Origin: Octopus bimaculoides | Taxonomy: Eukaryota | Assembly (NCBI RefSeq): GCF_001194135.2 | Contig: NC_068994.1 | Location: 16,930,416-16,994,415, forward strand | DNA length: 64,000 bases | Direction: 5' to 3' | Shown here: piece by piece, positions 25,604-41,571 of the stretch | Layout of the letters: each line of letters starts with the position of its first letter | How positions within the stretch are numbered: the first letter of the stretch is position 1 | The notes under the pieces: model-generated | What the model was told of the DNA's origin: nothing | The model's database searches: none | What the model saw: the letters and a program-made list of their open reading frames with translations, nothing else | Made by a program: the position numbers and the translations under genes

Positions 25604-28600
25604 CATCAATAAACATGTAATAAACAGCTTATATCTTGAATCCCAGTGTGGATTACAGGCTGGGAGAGGCACAGGTGACATGATTTTTGCCCTCCAATGA
25701 GTTCCAGAGAAAGCGCATGAACAAAATACACGATGGTATCAAGAAGTTCCAGGATTACTTATGTTTAATAAAAAAATAACTTTTTTTCCTATGTTTTAGC
25801 ATCATTTCTTTCAAAATAGCCATCTTGCATTTAAATTCACCAGTCCCAACATTCCTGCCACTTTTGGAATCCGGCCTAGAAGTCAGTTTCTGTAAGTGAG
25901 TCAAGGACCTTCTGTGATTCACTCTTGATTTTGACAACGGTATTAAAACAGTGGCTTTTGAGTTGCATTTTCATCTTGGGGAGGAGATGGAAGTCTTCAG
26001 GTGGTAAACCTGGCGAATAGGGGGTGTGTGCAGAAGTAAGTGCACATTGTTTTTGGCAAGAAACTCACAAGTGAGAATAGTTTGGTGACATTGTGAAGAA
26101 TCCATTTCTTAACAGTTCAGTAAATCGAGCTGTCAGCAGGCAATATTAGATGAAATGAGTCAGTTCTATAAGTTGTTTAAACCCAGTTGTGAAGACATGT
26201 GACTTAGTGATTAGGATATTCAGTCCACAATCATAAGGTCATGAGTTTGATTCCCAGTGGCACATTGTGTCCTTGAGCAAGATACTTTATTTCATGTTGC
26301 TCTACTTAACTCACCTGGCAAAAATGAGTAGTGTCTGTATGTCAAAGGGCAAGCCCTGTCACATTCTCTGTCACGCTGAATCTCCCTGAGAACTACATTA
26401 AGGGCACTCATGTCTGTGGAGTGCTCAGCCACTTGCACATTAATTTCATAAGCAAGCTGTTCCACTGATCAGATCAATTGGAACCCTCATCATAACTAAC
26501 AGTTTTGTTAGCTTATTGTGATGAATTCAGCTTCTGCTATGATTTTGGATCATAAAAGAAATTCTAGCAATAAAGGCTACTATCAAGTCTGTCCTTTCCA
26601 CACAAGTGTGAACTCAAATAGGAGGGGAATTGACCCTCTACTAGTGACAGGATTTGAACTGTCTACTCTTCAGTGTGTGCTCTGACTCTCTGGCAACTAA
26701 AATATCTGCTTTAACTCTTATAATGCAATATATACTACAATACTTTATCTGTTCCAATGTTTTATTTGTTTCATCAACTGTCACTAAATATTGTACTTTC
26801 TTCTTTCTTTAGGCCTTCCTCATTCCTCTAGAAGTTGAGAATTTTCCCCTGATTGAAAGGTCAAAAGAAGAACTGGAGCTACTGCAAAGGGTTGAGAACA
26901 AACGGAAAGTTGAGAAAATAGTTGATATGGTTTGTAATATGTCATTGTTTATTTCTTTCTTTACTTATTAAACTGAGGACGGGAATGGAGTAGTTATAGA
27001 AGAGGATGGGGTACATTTAAGAGTTTACTAGTGAATCTGGTTACATAGAATAAATTCAAATGTTGATTGAGAATACAGAGATAGCACTAATATAGATTCA
27101 TAAATTAACTAAAGACAGTAGAATGTAGTTGAATAGGGCAACAAGTTCTTGTGAACATATTTAGTTGCTCTGCTCAACAATTACTGTAACATTTTGGTCA
27201 AAGACACAAAAGGAGTATACGAGGAGGCACCGAAAAGTTCCTGGCTTTAAGGGTATCACGAAAGGTCTGGTTGGAGGGCCAGTCTTCTGAGTTCTTTTAC
27301 AGAGCTTAGAAAAACTGAAGGATCACTGCAATAAGTGCATGAATCTGAGGGGGGTATATGTTGAATAAAATCATAATTAACTGATCCTCCTGTATTCTTT
27401 TATCCAAAGCCAGGAACCTTTCAGATAGAGCCATAGTCTTCCTACTTCATGGAACAAAACTAGTTTTGAGAATTGAGAAAGTTAAAGTATTCCAGTCACA
27501 CTGTTTTCATATCTGTTAAGGACTCTGTTCTATGGAAGTTAGGGACAACACTTGGATTAATAAGATTGAAGAGGGTCTTTGATGGATTTGAATCTCAGCT
27601 GAAAGAGTATTGAGGTTTAGAAGAGTTAGAAGGAAATTAATATTGATTGCAAATTTTGGCACAAGGCCAGTAATTTTGGGGAAGGAGGTAAGTTGAATAC
27701 ATCAACCCTAGTGTTCAATCTATTTTATTGACCCTGAAATGATGAAAGGCAAATTCAACCTTGGCAGAATTTGAACTCGGAACATAAAGACAGATGAAAT
27801 GTTGCTAAGCATTTTTCCCAGCAGGCTAATGATTCTGCCAGCTTACTGTCTTAGAAGGAAATTAATATTATCAGTTTCATGGGCCAAGTGTAGATAGAAG
27901 TGGATGCTGTTTGAAAAATCTGAGCTCTGCAGAATTTTACAAGTTTTCTCATACAAGACTGCTTTGGTTGGAATAATCACTAATCACTTTAAATCTGTGG
28001 TTGAAGAAGAAAAACAAAATAATGGAACCTGTTTTGGTAGATAAAAATGTATAAAATGATTAGTTAGTAATTAGTCTATGAATGACATAGATGACTAACT
28101 GTTAGAGTTAGCTTCCCAATCCTTATAGGGTTGACTTAGCTTGTCATTCTTGCAGGGCCAATAAAATAGAATCAGTTAAATACTTAGATAAATGCAATTG
28201 ACTATATTCTTTATAAAAATTAAAGAATATCTTTTCTATAAAATTTTGATCTCATTATATCACAAATCAAAATTGTAATAAATGTAATAAAGTATTTACC
28301 ATCAGTGTAAAGAGCAGGAGCATTCTATAATTAATGAGTGTTTCATTGACTTGTATGCTAAATTTAAAATTATCAAGTGAACAAACCAGTGGTAGACTGG
28401 CATTGAAATCAAGGAAGAAATGTAACCTTCAGAAGTTTACACTGGAAAAAATTTCAGTAGACGCATCACTGACTGTACAACCTTACAATTCAGAAATAAG
28501 AGTAACGCCTATTTTTCCCCTTCAATTGCTAAGTAGAATGGTAGGACATAACTCTTTCTTCAAGAGCCACAGTCAGGTGAATTGGACCACTAACCTAAGA

Positions 28601-30884
28601 GTAGCTGGTTCATGTTCTGACATTGGCACTGAACTGCTCTGTAATACATATGTTGCAGGTAGTTGACTCAATACCCCTAGTTATAAGCTAGCATCACTGT
28701 GAGTATTTTATTAGTCTGCAGTCATGGCTTCAATTCCTCCTCTGGGTATAGTCTTTGAGAGAGAGTGGTGTCTCTATGGTTCAATATATTACAAATCCTT
28801 ATTTACCTACCTTTGCACTGAAAACCTCTTTAACATTTGTCTACTCTGAACATATAACAATTATAATAATGGCTTCTTTCTTCTCTATGTTCATAGTTTA
28901 ACCAAGAGATATTTGAATTAATATCCAGAGCTAGTGGTTCACAAAGTGTAAGTTGTTCTATGACTTTCTAATTAACATTTAATAACTCTTTTCATCAAGC
29001 TTAAATCGAAACTGAAAGTAGCAAAATCTAATTCACTTTCATTCTTTATGATTTAATCTTTCATCTGCCTTCTGGTTTCAAAAACTATTAAAATTGTTAG
29101 CTACTATAAAAATACTTTTGAATGAGAAAGGAAACGGTGATAGATGAATAAGGAAGGAAGTGGGGATGGTGAACATTCAACGCTGAAAAGAAAAATCAAA
29201 CAGCATTTCAACTCTGTGCGAGTATATGTGTGTATGCGTGTGCATGTACAAGGGAAGTATGTGAATGTATGTGAATATTGACAAGTGTATTAATTTGATT
29301 TATCATCCATATTTATACATAAAATACTACAATTAGCCATCATTTTTGATGGGTTGGGATCAGTTAGTTTTCAATATTGGGTAACTTTGAGTAAGCCAAG
29401 GTCTTGTTGGTTATGAATTATCAGTAATGTTTCTATAACTTATATATATATACATATATATACAACTATATATATACATATATATATATACATATATATA
29501 TATATNNNNNNNNNNNNNNNNNNNNNNNNNNNNNNNNNNNNNNNNNNNNNNNNNNNNNNNNNNNNNNNNNNNNNNNNNNNNNNNNNNNNNNNNNNNNNNN
29601 NNNNNNNNNNNNNNNNNNNNNNNNNNNNNNNNNNNNNNNNNNNNNNNNNNNNNNNNNNNNNNNNNNNNNNNNNNNNNNNNNNNNNNNNNNNNNNNNNNNN
29701 NNNNNNNNNNNNNNNNNNNNNNNNNNNNNNNNNNNNNNNNNNNNNNNNNNNNNNNNNNNNNNNNNNNNNNNNNNNNNNNNNNNNNNNNNNNNNNNNNNNN
29801 NNNNNNNNNNNNNNNNNNNNNNNNNNNNNNNNNNNNNNNNNNNNNNNNNNNNNNNNNNNNNNNNNNNNNNNNNNNNNNNNNNNNNNNNNNNNNNNNNNNN
29901 NNNNNNNNNNNNNNNNNNNNNNNNNNNNNNNNNNNNNNNNNNNNNNNNNNNNNNNNNNNNNNNNNNNNNNNNNNNNNNNNNNNNNNNNNNNNNNNNNNNN
30001 NNNNNNNNNNNNNNNNNNNNNNNNNNNNNNNNNNNNNNNNNNNNNNNNNNNNNNNNNNNNNNNNNNNNNNNNNNNNNNNNNNNNNNNNNNNNNNNNNATA
30101 TGTATTTATGCATATGTTGACAATATATGTATATATGTTGTCAATTGTGGAGCACAACTGTCACTACATAAACCTGATGATTGCATAATGCATGAAAGTA
30201 CTAGTTTATTTCAATCTAAAATTGTAAAAATTGCAAGTAATAAAATGTGAGTCACACTTAGTTGGAATTTCATTGATTAATATATTCTTCTGTACACAAT
30301 AGGCACAGGAATGGCTGTGTGGTAAGTAGCTTGCTTACCAACCACATGGTTCTGGGTTCATTCCCACTGTGTGGCACCTTGGGCAAGTGTCTTGTACTAT
30401 AGCTTCGGGCCGACCAAAGCCTTGTGAGTGGATTTGGTAGATAGAAACTGAAAGAAGCCCGTCGTATATATGTGTGTATATATATATATGTGTGTGTGTA
30501 TATATNNNNNNNNNNNNNNNNNNNNNNNNNNNNNNNNNNNNNNNNNNNNNNNNNNNNNNNNNNNNNNNNNNNNNNNNNNNNNNNNNNNNNNNNNNNNNNN
30601 NNNNNNNNNNNNNNNNNNNNNNNNNNNNNNNNNNNNNNNNNNNNNNNNNNNNNNNNNNNNNNNNNNNNNNNNNNNNNNNNNNNNNNNNNNNNNNNNNNNN
30701 NNNNNNNNNNNNNNNNNNNNNNNNNNNNNNNNNNNNNNNNNNNNNNNNNNNNNNNNNNNNNNNNNNNNNNNNNNNNNNNNNNNNNNNNNNNNNNNNNNNN
30801 NNNNNNNNNNNNNNNNNNNNNNNNNNNNNNNNNNNNNNNNNNNNNNNNNNNNNNNNNNNNNNNNNNNNNNNNNNNNNNNNNNNN

Positions 30885-30922
<38 letters not shown>

Positions 30923-31288
30923 CATGTGTGTGTGTGTGTGTAAATTAATACATTAGAAAGTGAATTTCTCAACCATGCAGTCATACCTGCATTTACTAAC
31001 GTGTGTGTGAATATGTGTATATATACACATATCTACCCGCATAATTCCCTCTTTTTGTATATATGTTTGTATATATAAGTGTGTATATATGTATGTATGC
31101 TTGTATATAAAATATCTTTCTGTTTATTATGCTTCCAGGTAGATATGCTTGGTTCAATAGAAAGTATGCAAGATGAGGTGAAGCTGTTTATTGGAAATAT
31201 ATCATATTTTGTTCATGTTATATTTTATTTTTAAATATTTTATTTCATAGTTCTTTTTTAACAACAAAACAAATATGACTAGAAAAGT

Positions 31289-31319
<31 letters not shown>

Positions 31320-32398
31320 CCTATTGTTATTGTTGCTTTTATTATTGTTATTATTGAGTATCTTATACTATGATTTTATACGATAAAATCATAGTATTAA
31401 ACTTTATTGAACAATTCTTATATTATTTAGTTTACCAATTGACATACAAACCCAATATATGTGTATGCATGCGAACATATATCCATGCATCTATGCAATT
31501 ATACACACACACACACACACACACACACGCTCACACACACACACACAAGGTGGATGAAAAATAAATAGGCATTAGAAATATTCCTTTTACAAATTTATTG
31601 AAGCAAATGATACATGTTCTTTATTACATGGGAAAATGAAGGTAAATCTTCATATCTCAACGTAAGCACCGGTGGCGTCAACCAGTTTCCTCAAGTGACC
31701 AGGGATGGAATGAACAACATTCTGAAGGACGTCGTCTAGGATATCATTGAGAACCTCCTGAATCTGTGTCTCCAAGTCCTCCAGTGTGTGAGGTTTTGTC
31801 TTGTACACCTTTTTTGTGTAACCCCACAGGCAAAAATCACATGGAGTGAGATCTGGACTTCTTGGAGTTCTGGACTACTGGACTTCTGCGGTCATGGTCT
31901 TCAGATTTTAACTCCTGCACGGATGAAAATTCAATTCTTTATGCAACACCATATGTATTGTATATCTTGTTAGTCCACTTTCATGAGTTGCTTGATGTGT
32001 TGATGTTTGCGGGCTGTGATTAAACATTTCCTGCACTGTTGCCATGTTCTCCACTGATTGGGAATGTGGTTGGACGGCCACTTCTTCTTCCATTGTTCAC
32101 AGAGCCTGTAGTCATCAGCTTTGCATCACAACTTTTTATTGTCTCCGGACGTAATGTTGATGCTTACCTTTTCATGCACACCACCATCTCTGAACCCAAA
32201 CAATGGAAATCCACACGTCATAGTGTGCTGCTATCTTAGCTCACTCCTGACTGACCATCTGGAAAATAATAAATAAGACAAGAAGAAAATAAGAAATCCC
32301 CATCAGTGTTGTCAGTTTAAAAAATGTTTTCGTCATGACTTCAGTGATACTAAAAATTCTATAAGCAATTTCTAATGCCTAGTTACTTTCCACCCACC

Positions 32399-32462
<64 letters not shown>

Positions 32463-35400
32463 ATAGTTTTAGGGAAAAGAACCAAGGTTCATGAACTCAT
32501 CGATGAAACTTAATTTCATTTTAATTTTTAATAAATTGACTTTAATTGAGTTTTTACCTGTAATTTTGGACTTTTGCCCCTGATATTATATGATGATGAT
32601 GATGATGATGATATGTGCAGATTCGTATGTTTTGTTTTATGCATGTTTTCTCATGCATATACTTGCATATCTAGACATGTTCATGTATACTTAAATGATA
32701 AACTTCTGGAAATATATATATATATACATATACCAACATCAGGATCAACTTCATGCAAGCCTGAAGGCATGCTGGCAAAATGCTGCTTCTCTAAATGGAA
32801 ACCTTACCTGTCATTGTGGTTTTGTGTCATGAAGCAAAGCAGGCCTTGCCATCCACTCAAGAAAACACAAAGTAAATGATGCAAGCAACTGAGTCCTCAT
32901 TTGTCACATGGTTTTCAAGGCCCCAGCAGGCCTCAAGAGACACAGCTGTGTTCATAGGACATGATTACCACCTTATTTTACTGAACCCTCATTGGTTGTT
33001 CATGATGAGAGAATCCATCATATGTGTGTATGTATGTCATTATTCAATTTTATTTCAAGATTTCTTGCCAATAAATAAAGAGCTGGTTTCTAACCTAGAT
33101 CCAAGGCTCTTTCATTGGAATTTCAACAACATCAACAGGGTATTTATTTGGCGTTAGGAAGGGCATCCAGCTGTAGAAACTCTGCCAAATCAGACTGGAG
33201 CCTGGTGTTGCCATCCGGTTTCACCAGTCCTCAGTCAAATCGTCCAACCCATGCTAGCATGGAAAGCGGACGTTAAACGATGATGATGATGATGATGATG
33301 ATATGTGCAGATTCGTATGTTTTGTTTTATGCATGTTTTCTCATGCATATACTTGCATATCTAGACATGTTCATGTATACTTAAATGATAAACTTCTGGA
33401 AATAATAATAATAATCCTTTCTACTATAGGCACAAGGTGTGTATGTATGTATACATGTGTAATATGTATACATATGAGTATATATTAAGGAAATGAAGGT
33501 AGTCTAGATTTGAACAGAAACTATTATTTAGTGCTTTTGTACCTTTCAGGGATTCATCATGAATGATTTCTTATTAAAAAAATTCATACTTTTATATATA
33601 TGTGAGGCAGTTAATAAAAAATCTGGAATTGAATTTAACACACACACACACGCACACACACACACACACATGCATACACATACACATGCTTGTGCATACA
33701 TGCCCCCCACTCACTCACACACACATACACACACACACAGCTTTTTATGCTTAAGTTGAAATTATGTTCTGGTGAACTTTGCTTTTCATCCCTCCAGGGT
33801 CAGTAAAATAAAATACCTTCCAAGTACTGACTGTGGTTGATAGTTTCAACTAATCTGGTTTCTTATTTTGTGCCAAAATAAGAAGCCATAGCAGAATCAT
33901 TTGCACACTGAGCAAAATACTTTGCAGCATTTCTTCTGGTTCAAATCACACCAAGGTTGATTTTTACCTTTCATTCTTTTGAAGTTGATAAAAAGTTAGT
34001 ACCAGCTCAGCTCTAAAATCTATGTGATTAACTTCCCCCCACCAACCACCACCACCATCACCACCAGTGCCACCACAATCTCTGGCCTTGAGCCAATAGT
34101 AGAAAGAATTATTATTATTATTATTATTATTATTATTTTAAAAAGGATTAATTTAACTCTTGACAAAGGTAAACAGTCAAGACGAAGAGCGCGATTCGAT
34201 TGTATAGATGTTTTATTCGTTGAACAATATTTCAACAGCACGTCTGTCTTTGTCAAGTTCAAAATAAGAAGTGATAAAAATTCAAAATTATAGTGGCTGA
34301 CAATATGTGCATCTCTGATCATGAGCAGAAGTAGTTGGAGAGCATCATAGCCATATGTTGGGAGGAATTCTTTGGGGTTTGGATAATTCACCTCTGGAAA
34401 CATCGGTGTTTCATTCAACATCCTTAAACAACCCTTATTCAGGGACCTTTTGAGCAGGATGGCTACTCGACCTGAAGAAAATTCCAACTGGGCCCCATCT
34501 GCAAGGTCATGCACTGTTAATCTTGATATGAGATCACCATATTGTGCACATATGGTTGTGATGCATGTGCATGGTGTACCCTATCAGATAGGTGGTCAAG
34601 ATGGGTAAACTGGGCTTCGTATATTTTACCCCAGTGTCACTTTGATGGCATGCACTGTTCTCTCTCTCAATAATAATAATACTCCTTTCTATTATAGACA
34701 CAAGGCCTGAAATTCGAGGGAGGGGGGGATAGTCAATTACACCAACCCCAGTACTCAACTGGTACTTAATTCATTGACCTTGAAAGAATAAAAGGCAAAG
34801 TCAACCTCAGCGGAATTTGAACTCAGAACATAAAGTCGGAACATAAAGTCGGAAGAAATACTGTGAAGCATTTTGCTTGGCATGCTAACGATTCTTCAAA
34901 CATGAAATTTAAAATAATTATTTTGTCTTTATTCCTGGACCCAGTTTTCAGAAATTTTCTCTCATTATTTTTTTTTAATTGTATACTATAAGAAAAATAT
35001 ACAAAATCAAAAACTTGGAATATTTCAATCATTGATGGCAAACTTTTTTTAACCACACATGTCAAAATTTTAATTTCTTTAATAATCCTTGTTATTGAGT
35101 GAGTGTTGTGTACATGTATACATGTATTTTAGTCTTAGATAATGCTTATAGATAATCTTTTTTATAACATTACGTTTATGAATTTGTTTTGCAAAATTCC
35201 TAATGTGAAATCTTGTATTGAAGTAAATTTTATTATATATAGGGATGGTCATTTTTCTTTTTTTTTTTGCCATATAGACACATGCACTCTGTATTCATTC
35301 TTTACTTCAGATTTACATTATTGTTGTTCTTCTATTATGTCCTATGTCTGGAAATCTTTTGTCACACATCCTATGACCTCTTCAGCAACTCTCTATCCTA

Positions 35401-36305
35401 TGTGTCTCCTCCTGTCTCGTTTAGTCCAGAAGTGAATAACAAATATATAGTGCATGTGTTTATCTGGCAAAAAAGCAAAAACAAAAAAGTGACCATCCTA
35501 AAATGTAACAATACTTTTTATAACATGTTATTTCAAAAGATTTCACACATCACCTAAAAACCTTGCAGCATGTCATAGGTTTGCAGTACTGATTTAGTAG
35601 TATTTTTATGTATTTACTCAAAATATGCTCTGATATGTATTCTTATTACCATGAACTTGGGAATTTGATTGGTTGTCTTAGGAGGACAAATCTGAAACTG
35701 AACACAGAAGTGAAAGCCAACTGGTATGTGGTTTGTTTTTCAAAGTGTCTCCTTTAGCACTGGTGAATGCTTTTTCTGCCTGTTCAATGTAAAGAAGTTT
35801 AGTCATGTATTGTAGTTCACAGAGTAGTAAAATACATATTTGTTTTCTATCTCAGCACAAAACAACCAATTCTTGTCAGAGGATGTATGGTTAATTAGTC
35901 ATTGAATTAACCCCCAATATATTACTGCTTTTTATCTTATTGACTGTTTTGAAGGAAATAAAGTAAAGTTGAGCTTCATAAGATTTTGAATTCAAAATGT
36001 TGGCTGATACTAAATCGTCAATCACCATCATCATCAGCATCACCACCACCACACCACCTGTTCTATACACTTGCATGTCTTTAGCTGATTTTTTAAGTTG
36101 AAATCTTCAAAACTTTTTCTATGGTTTCTACTTGACAATATCTGCTCTCCGCACCTACACCTAATAACAACATGTGATACTTTACAACATCGTCTCACTT
36201 GATCTTTTCTTTACTTCCAAACTAGAACATTACTCCTGTCCCTCTGATCCCATCTGCTTATCCGAGAATAATGTTTTTCAACCTTCACCCTTGATACTGA
36301 AACCG

Positions 36306-36393
<88 letters not shown>

Positions 36394-38056
36394 TATATTG
36401 ACTTCTTAAATGCCATTCATGTTTACTATTTTCTATTTTATCACTTTGTGACTTTGTGGTTAGGGTATTGCACTTATAATCATAAGATTATGTTTCAATT
36501 CCTAGACTGGGTGGTGTATAGTGTTCTTGAGTGAAACACTTTATCTCTTGTTGCTCTGCAGTCACTTTGACCCCTGACGCATGGTGCACTGTGCATCTGT
36601 TCAGGCAAGGTCAATTTGATGGAGAGAGTGAGCTAATGTGTGGCATGAACATTTGATCGCTATAAACAAATCATTTGTGCAGGTTGTTCAGCAGAAGCTG
36701 AACACTCATATGTTGTCTTCAATGAGAGAGTCCATTAATTCATATAAAAAAATAACAAACTAATTGATCAATAATGTATTCACCCTTGTTATTTACAACT
36801 TCTTCCCAACATTCAACAAGATTTTCAATACCTCGTTGGTAGAAATCACCTGATTTCGACTCGAAAAATTGATCCAACCAAGCTCTCAATTCTGCATCAG
36901 TATTGAACGAAACTCCGCACATAGCATTTGGAAGAGATCGAAAGAGGTGGAAATCTGTTAGTGCCAAATTAGGAGAGTACAACAGGTGTGGCAGCACTTC
37001 CCAGCGATGCATTTGAATGGCTTCCTTGGTCATATTGGCGATATGAGGGTAGGCGTTGTCGTGCAGCAGAAGAACTCCATGCTGCCGATTAGGTCTTTTC
37101 TCTTGAATAGCCGTGTTGAGTCATTCCATCTGTTGAACATAGAGTTCCGCATTGACCATTTGGTACAAACAATTCGTAATGGATCATCCCTTCTCAGTCC
37201 CACCGTACGCACAACATCGTTTTACGCAGATGAAGATATTGTTTCACGCATGGTGTCGCTTTTTTACTGGGGCTAAGCCATTCCATATGCTGCTTCATAT
37301 TGATGTACAGGCACCATTTTTCGTTGCCGGTAATGATTCAGTAAAGAAACCGTTGCTTGTGTCCGTGAGTTGAGTGGTGTTGCGCAAGCAAACCAGCGGA
37401 GATTGTGCCTCGTTGATTTTTGTTGTTGTCACTTAAAGCATGCAGAACCCATGCTCCATACTTCTGAACCTTTCCCATTGAGTGAAGATGCTTCTCTATA
37501 GCAGTGTGAGAGCATTCCATTTTCTCTGCCAGTTTCCTTGCCGTGTGACGAGACTTTTCATGCAAAAGATGGTTTAATTGCTCTTCATCAAACTCAACTG
37601 GACAGCCAGAACGAGGTGCATCTTTGAGGTCAAAATTCCCATTTTTGAACTTGGCATACCAATCACGAGTGGTTCTTTCAGCTATGGCACTGTCTCCATA
37701 CACAGCACAAATGTCGCGAGCAGCTTTTGTGGCCTTAGAACCTTGATTNNNNNNNNNNNNNNNNNNNNNNNNNNNNNNNNNNNNNNNNNNNNNNNNNNNN
37801 NNNNNNNNNNNNNNNNNNNNNNNNNNNNNNNNNNNNNNNNNNNNNNNNNNNNNNNNNNNNNNNNNNNNNNNNNNNNNNNNNNNNNNNNNNNNNNNNNNNN
37901 NNNNNNNNNNNNNNNNNNNNNNNNNNNNNNNNNNNNNNNNNNNNNNNNNNNNNNNNNNNNNNNNNNNNNNNNNNNNNNNNNNNNNNNNNNNNNNNNNNNN
38001 NNNNNNNNNNNNAAATTCTAAAATTTAAAAAAATTGGCGGGAACTTAGTTGCCAAC

Positions 38057-38125
<69 letters not shown>

Positions 38126-41100
38126 AGACAGACAGACAGACAGACAGAGAAAGAGGGGGGAGAAGGAATAAGCAAGAGAACCTCTCTAGTGCTAGTGCAG
38201 CAAAGGGTGGCAAAGCAAGAGGGGTAGAGGGGTAACAAGTTAAATTCATACACGTCGAAAGCAGGTCAAGTTCTGTGGTTTGTGTTTAAACAGGGAGACC
38301 ATCCAAAGGAGTTGCAGGAGATTCTGAAGTCATCTGGAGGTCATGGTTGAAGTCAATAGTAATTTGACCTCTAGCATGTTTGTTTACATACATGCTTCAA
38401 TGAACTCAAATGAAACATAAAGCCCCTCCTTAATTTCCTGCACGAAATATGGCCAATTTAGTGTAGATGTTATCTTCCAAACTTGAATAAAACTAATGAC
38501 CTCTATCCATTCTCCTTGCTCCAGTTTTCTTTTCACCACCATTTTTTAAAACATTCAACTTGTTATTCTCCTGTTATTTCTCTCTCACACTTTTTGTTTT
38601 CCTCTACAATTCTCTATTCCTGCTCATCCCATTAAACAATTCATAAAACTGTTTCATTACATGTCACAAAATAGACAATTACACCACAACAACATTGCCA
38701 CTACTGAGCTTTACTCACAAGCTGACCCCAAAAATATATGAAAGGCTTGGAGATGCAAATGCATGCACGCACACGCACACACACACACACAGAGGCTTCC
38801 TTCAGTTTCTGTCAATCAAATCCACTCACAAGGCTTAGGTTGGCCCAGGACTATAGTAGGAAATGCTCACCTAAGAGGCCTCACAGTGGGACTGAACCTG
38901 AAATCATGTGGATGGGAGGCAAGCTTCTTAACCACACATCTGCATCTACTGTAACTCAAATCGTGTCAATAAGCTGCATTGTTAGCTTGCTGTGCTGAGT
39001 TCAACTCTTCTAAGTATGAAATCTGTCAGCCCTTATGTCCCAGATACACTACACTAGGACTCATTCATTGGTACCCTAACAATCCATTATCTAAAGCTGA
39101 TATTCACATTATTCATTTTGAAGAATTTCGGGAATCTGTTGGTTGTTGTTGCTGTTATAGTAGTTATTGTTGTTTAACCCTAACCAAACCATCTTGTAAT
39201 GAAAGACACTCCAGATGTGACCATCTTATCATTTTTTCATGCGTAATGTAGCTATGAAGTATTATCTGTAACCTTATCACGTATCATAGTCATATAGTAT
39301 TACCTATTTTCTTATTATATAGTATAGTCATGCAGTATAGCCATATCCAACACGTCCTTCCCAGTTTTAAGATAGTTGAGTGTAATTTGAGAGAGATTTG
39401 GTTGTTATTTCTTGCAGGTTGAATGTCTGTATAGGTTCCATATTGGTGAAAGATTTCTTAGGAAAAGAAAGCCTTATCATTATTTACATTCACAAGAGAT
39501 ATCATTGGAGCATCAGACAAAATACCTTGCAATATTTGTTCTGGCTGAGGCAGTGAGTGAGCAAGCAGAATTTTAAGCATGCTGGATAAAATACTTAGTG
39601 GCATTTTATCAGTCTATATGTTCTGAGTTCAAATTCCACTGAGGTCGACTTTACTTTTTGTTCTTTTGGAGTTAATAAAATAAGTACCAGTTGAGCACTA
39701 GGACTGATTTAGTCAACCTATCCCTCCCCTTAAATTGCTGGCCTTGTGCCAAAATTTGAAGCCAATATTTGTTCTGGCTCTTTACTGTCTGAGTTCAAAT
39801 TCCACAGAGGTCAACTTTGCTTTTTCACCTTCTGTGGTTGATAAGATATAAAATACTAGTTAACTACTGTGGTTGATTTAATCAAATATTATTTTCTTCC
39901 CAAATTTTTGACAGTTATTATTTACATTGACGTCTACAAAATCCACTCACAAGGCTTTGGTCAGCCCAAGGATATAGTAGAAGACACTTGCTCAAGGTGC
40001 CACACAATGGGACCGAACCCAGAACCATGTGATTAGGAAGCAAGCTTCTTACCACACAGTCACCCCTATGCCTTATATTCTGAGTTCAAATTCCACCAAG
40101 GTCGACTTTGCCTTTCATCCTTTTGGGTTTGATAAAGTAAATACCAGTTGAACACTGGGGTCAATGTAATTAATTATCCACCTTCCCCAAATTTTAGGCC
40201 TTGCGCCTATAATATAAAGGATTATTTACATTCATGATGCATATGGAATTCAACTAGGGAACAGTATCATCATCATCATCATCATCATCATCATCTTGTT
40301 GCTTGCTTGCTTGCTTCATGCTCTTGCTTGATGGGGCTGAGGTGATCCCAGGTTAGTGGTCTCAGAGATGTCATCATGCATAGAGCCAACAAGGTCCAAT
40401 GCTCTCCATTGCTGGTGGTCCTGTGCCAGCTCCTCTGCATCCTCCAGGGTGACATCAAGCCTCTGGAGATCTTCCTCAATCGTGTCCAGCAATCTGGTGC
40501 AGAGCCTGCCATGAAGCCTCTTTCAGCTCACAGCTGCTATGCTGAATGGGAGTAAAGCCCTGGTAGGATGATCTAGTGGGGGACAGAAGACATGTCCATA
40601 TCTGTGCATGTGATGGATAGCTATGTGGTGGGAGGCTGAAGGCTGAAGCGTGCATGTAATTCCTTGTTGGAGACATCACTATCATCATCATTTAATGTTT
40701 ATGTCCCATGCTGGCATAAGTTGGACAGTTTGATAGAATGTGAGGAGTCCAAGGGCTGCATTGTATTCCAATGTCTACTTTGACAGGGTCCCTATTACTG
40801 GCTACCCTTCTGAACACCAACCACTTTACAGTGTGTACTGGATACTTTTTTCATACTGCTAACACTAATAAGGTTACCAAGCAGCTTGCAAAACTTTGAA
40901 ATCTAAGGGAAGTGGTTTTATGCAAGGAGATAAGGGGTCAGTCCCTTGTTGTCAAGGAGCTATATGACTACTCCCATTTTAAGAGGATGTGAGTGATTGG
41001 GTTGCTGCTGGAGAGAAAGGGTTGAAATAGTGGTAATGAGGAGACTGGGTAGACCCTCAAGGTTCAAGATGTGTAGAGGTAAGTAGACATGGAAGTTAGT

Positions 41101-41514
41101 ATACTTATATCTACACACATACACATGTATTCACAAACATAGTCACATATATATAACTACAGATGTGTGTATGTGTGTGTGTGAGAGAGAGAGAGAGTAT
41201 TTGAATGTATGTAAGCAGAAGTTGTAAGGGTGTATAGGAGAGTGAAAGAGGGGTGATGAGTGAGGGGTTAACTATAATGAATGAAGAACAAGTATTAAGA
41301 GATGATAAGTAGGGGAGGTGGGGGAAGATTAGGTGACAACTGTAGAGATTGGGTTGAGATGTAGTGAATGGTGGATAATTGTGGTGGTGGGGTGACTGAT
41401 GATGCAGTGATGAGTTGGTGGTGGTAGGGGAGAGGAGGAGATGACTGACAATATGGAAAAAGTGCCAAAGGAAGAGCAGCAGAATAGAAATAATTTTATA
41501 GTAGACAGGGGAAG

Positions 41515-41571
<57 letters not shown>

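Noticed and set aside
27480-28010. Possible CR1/L2 3-prime remnant around the family F insertion
   Set aside because: Similarity too faint to support by eye.
39415-39432. cttgcag acceptor-like site
   Set aside because: It lies within an apparent interspersed repeat, with no frame-compatible donor or homology.
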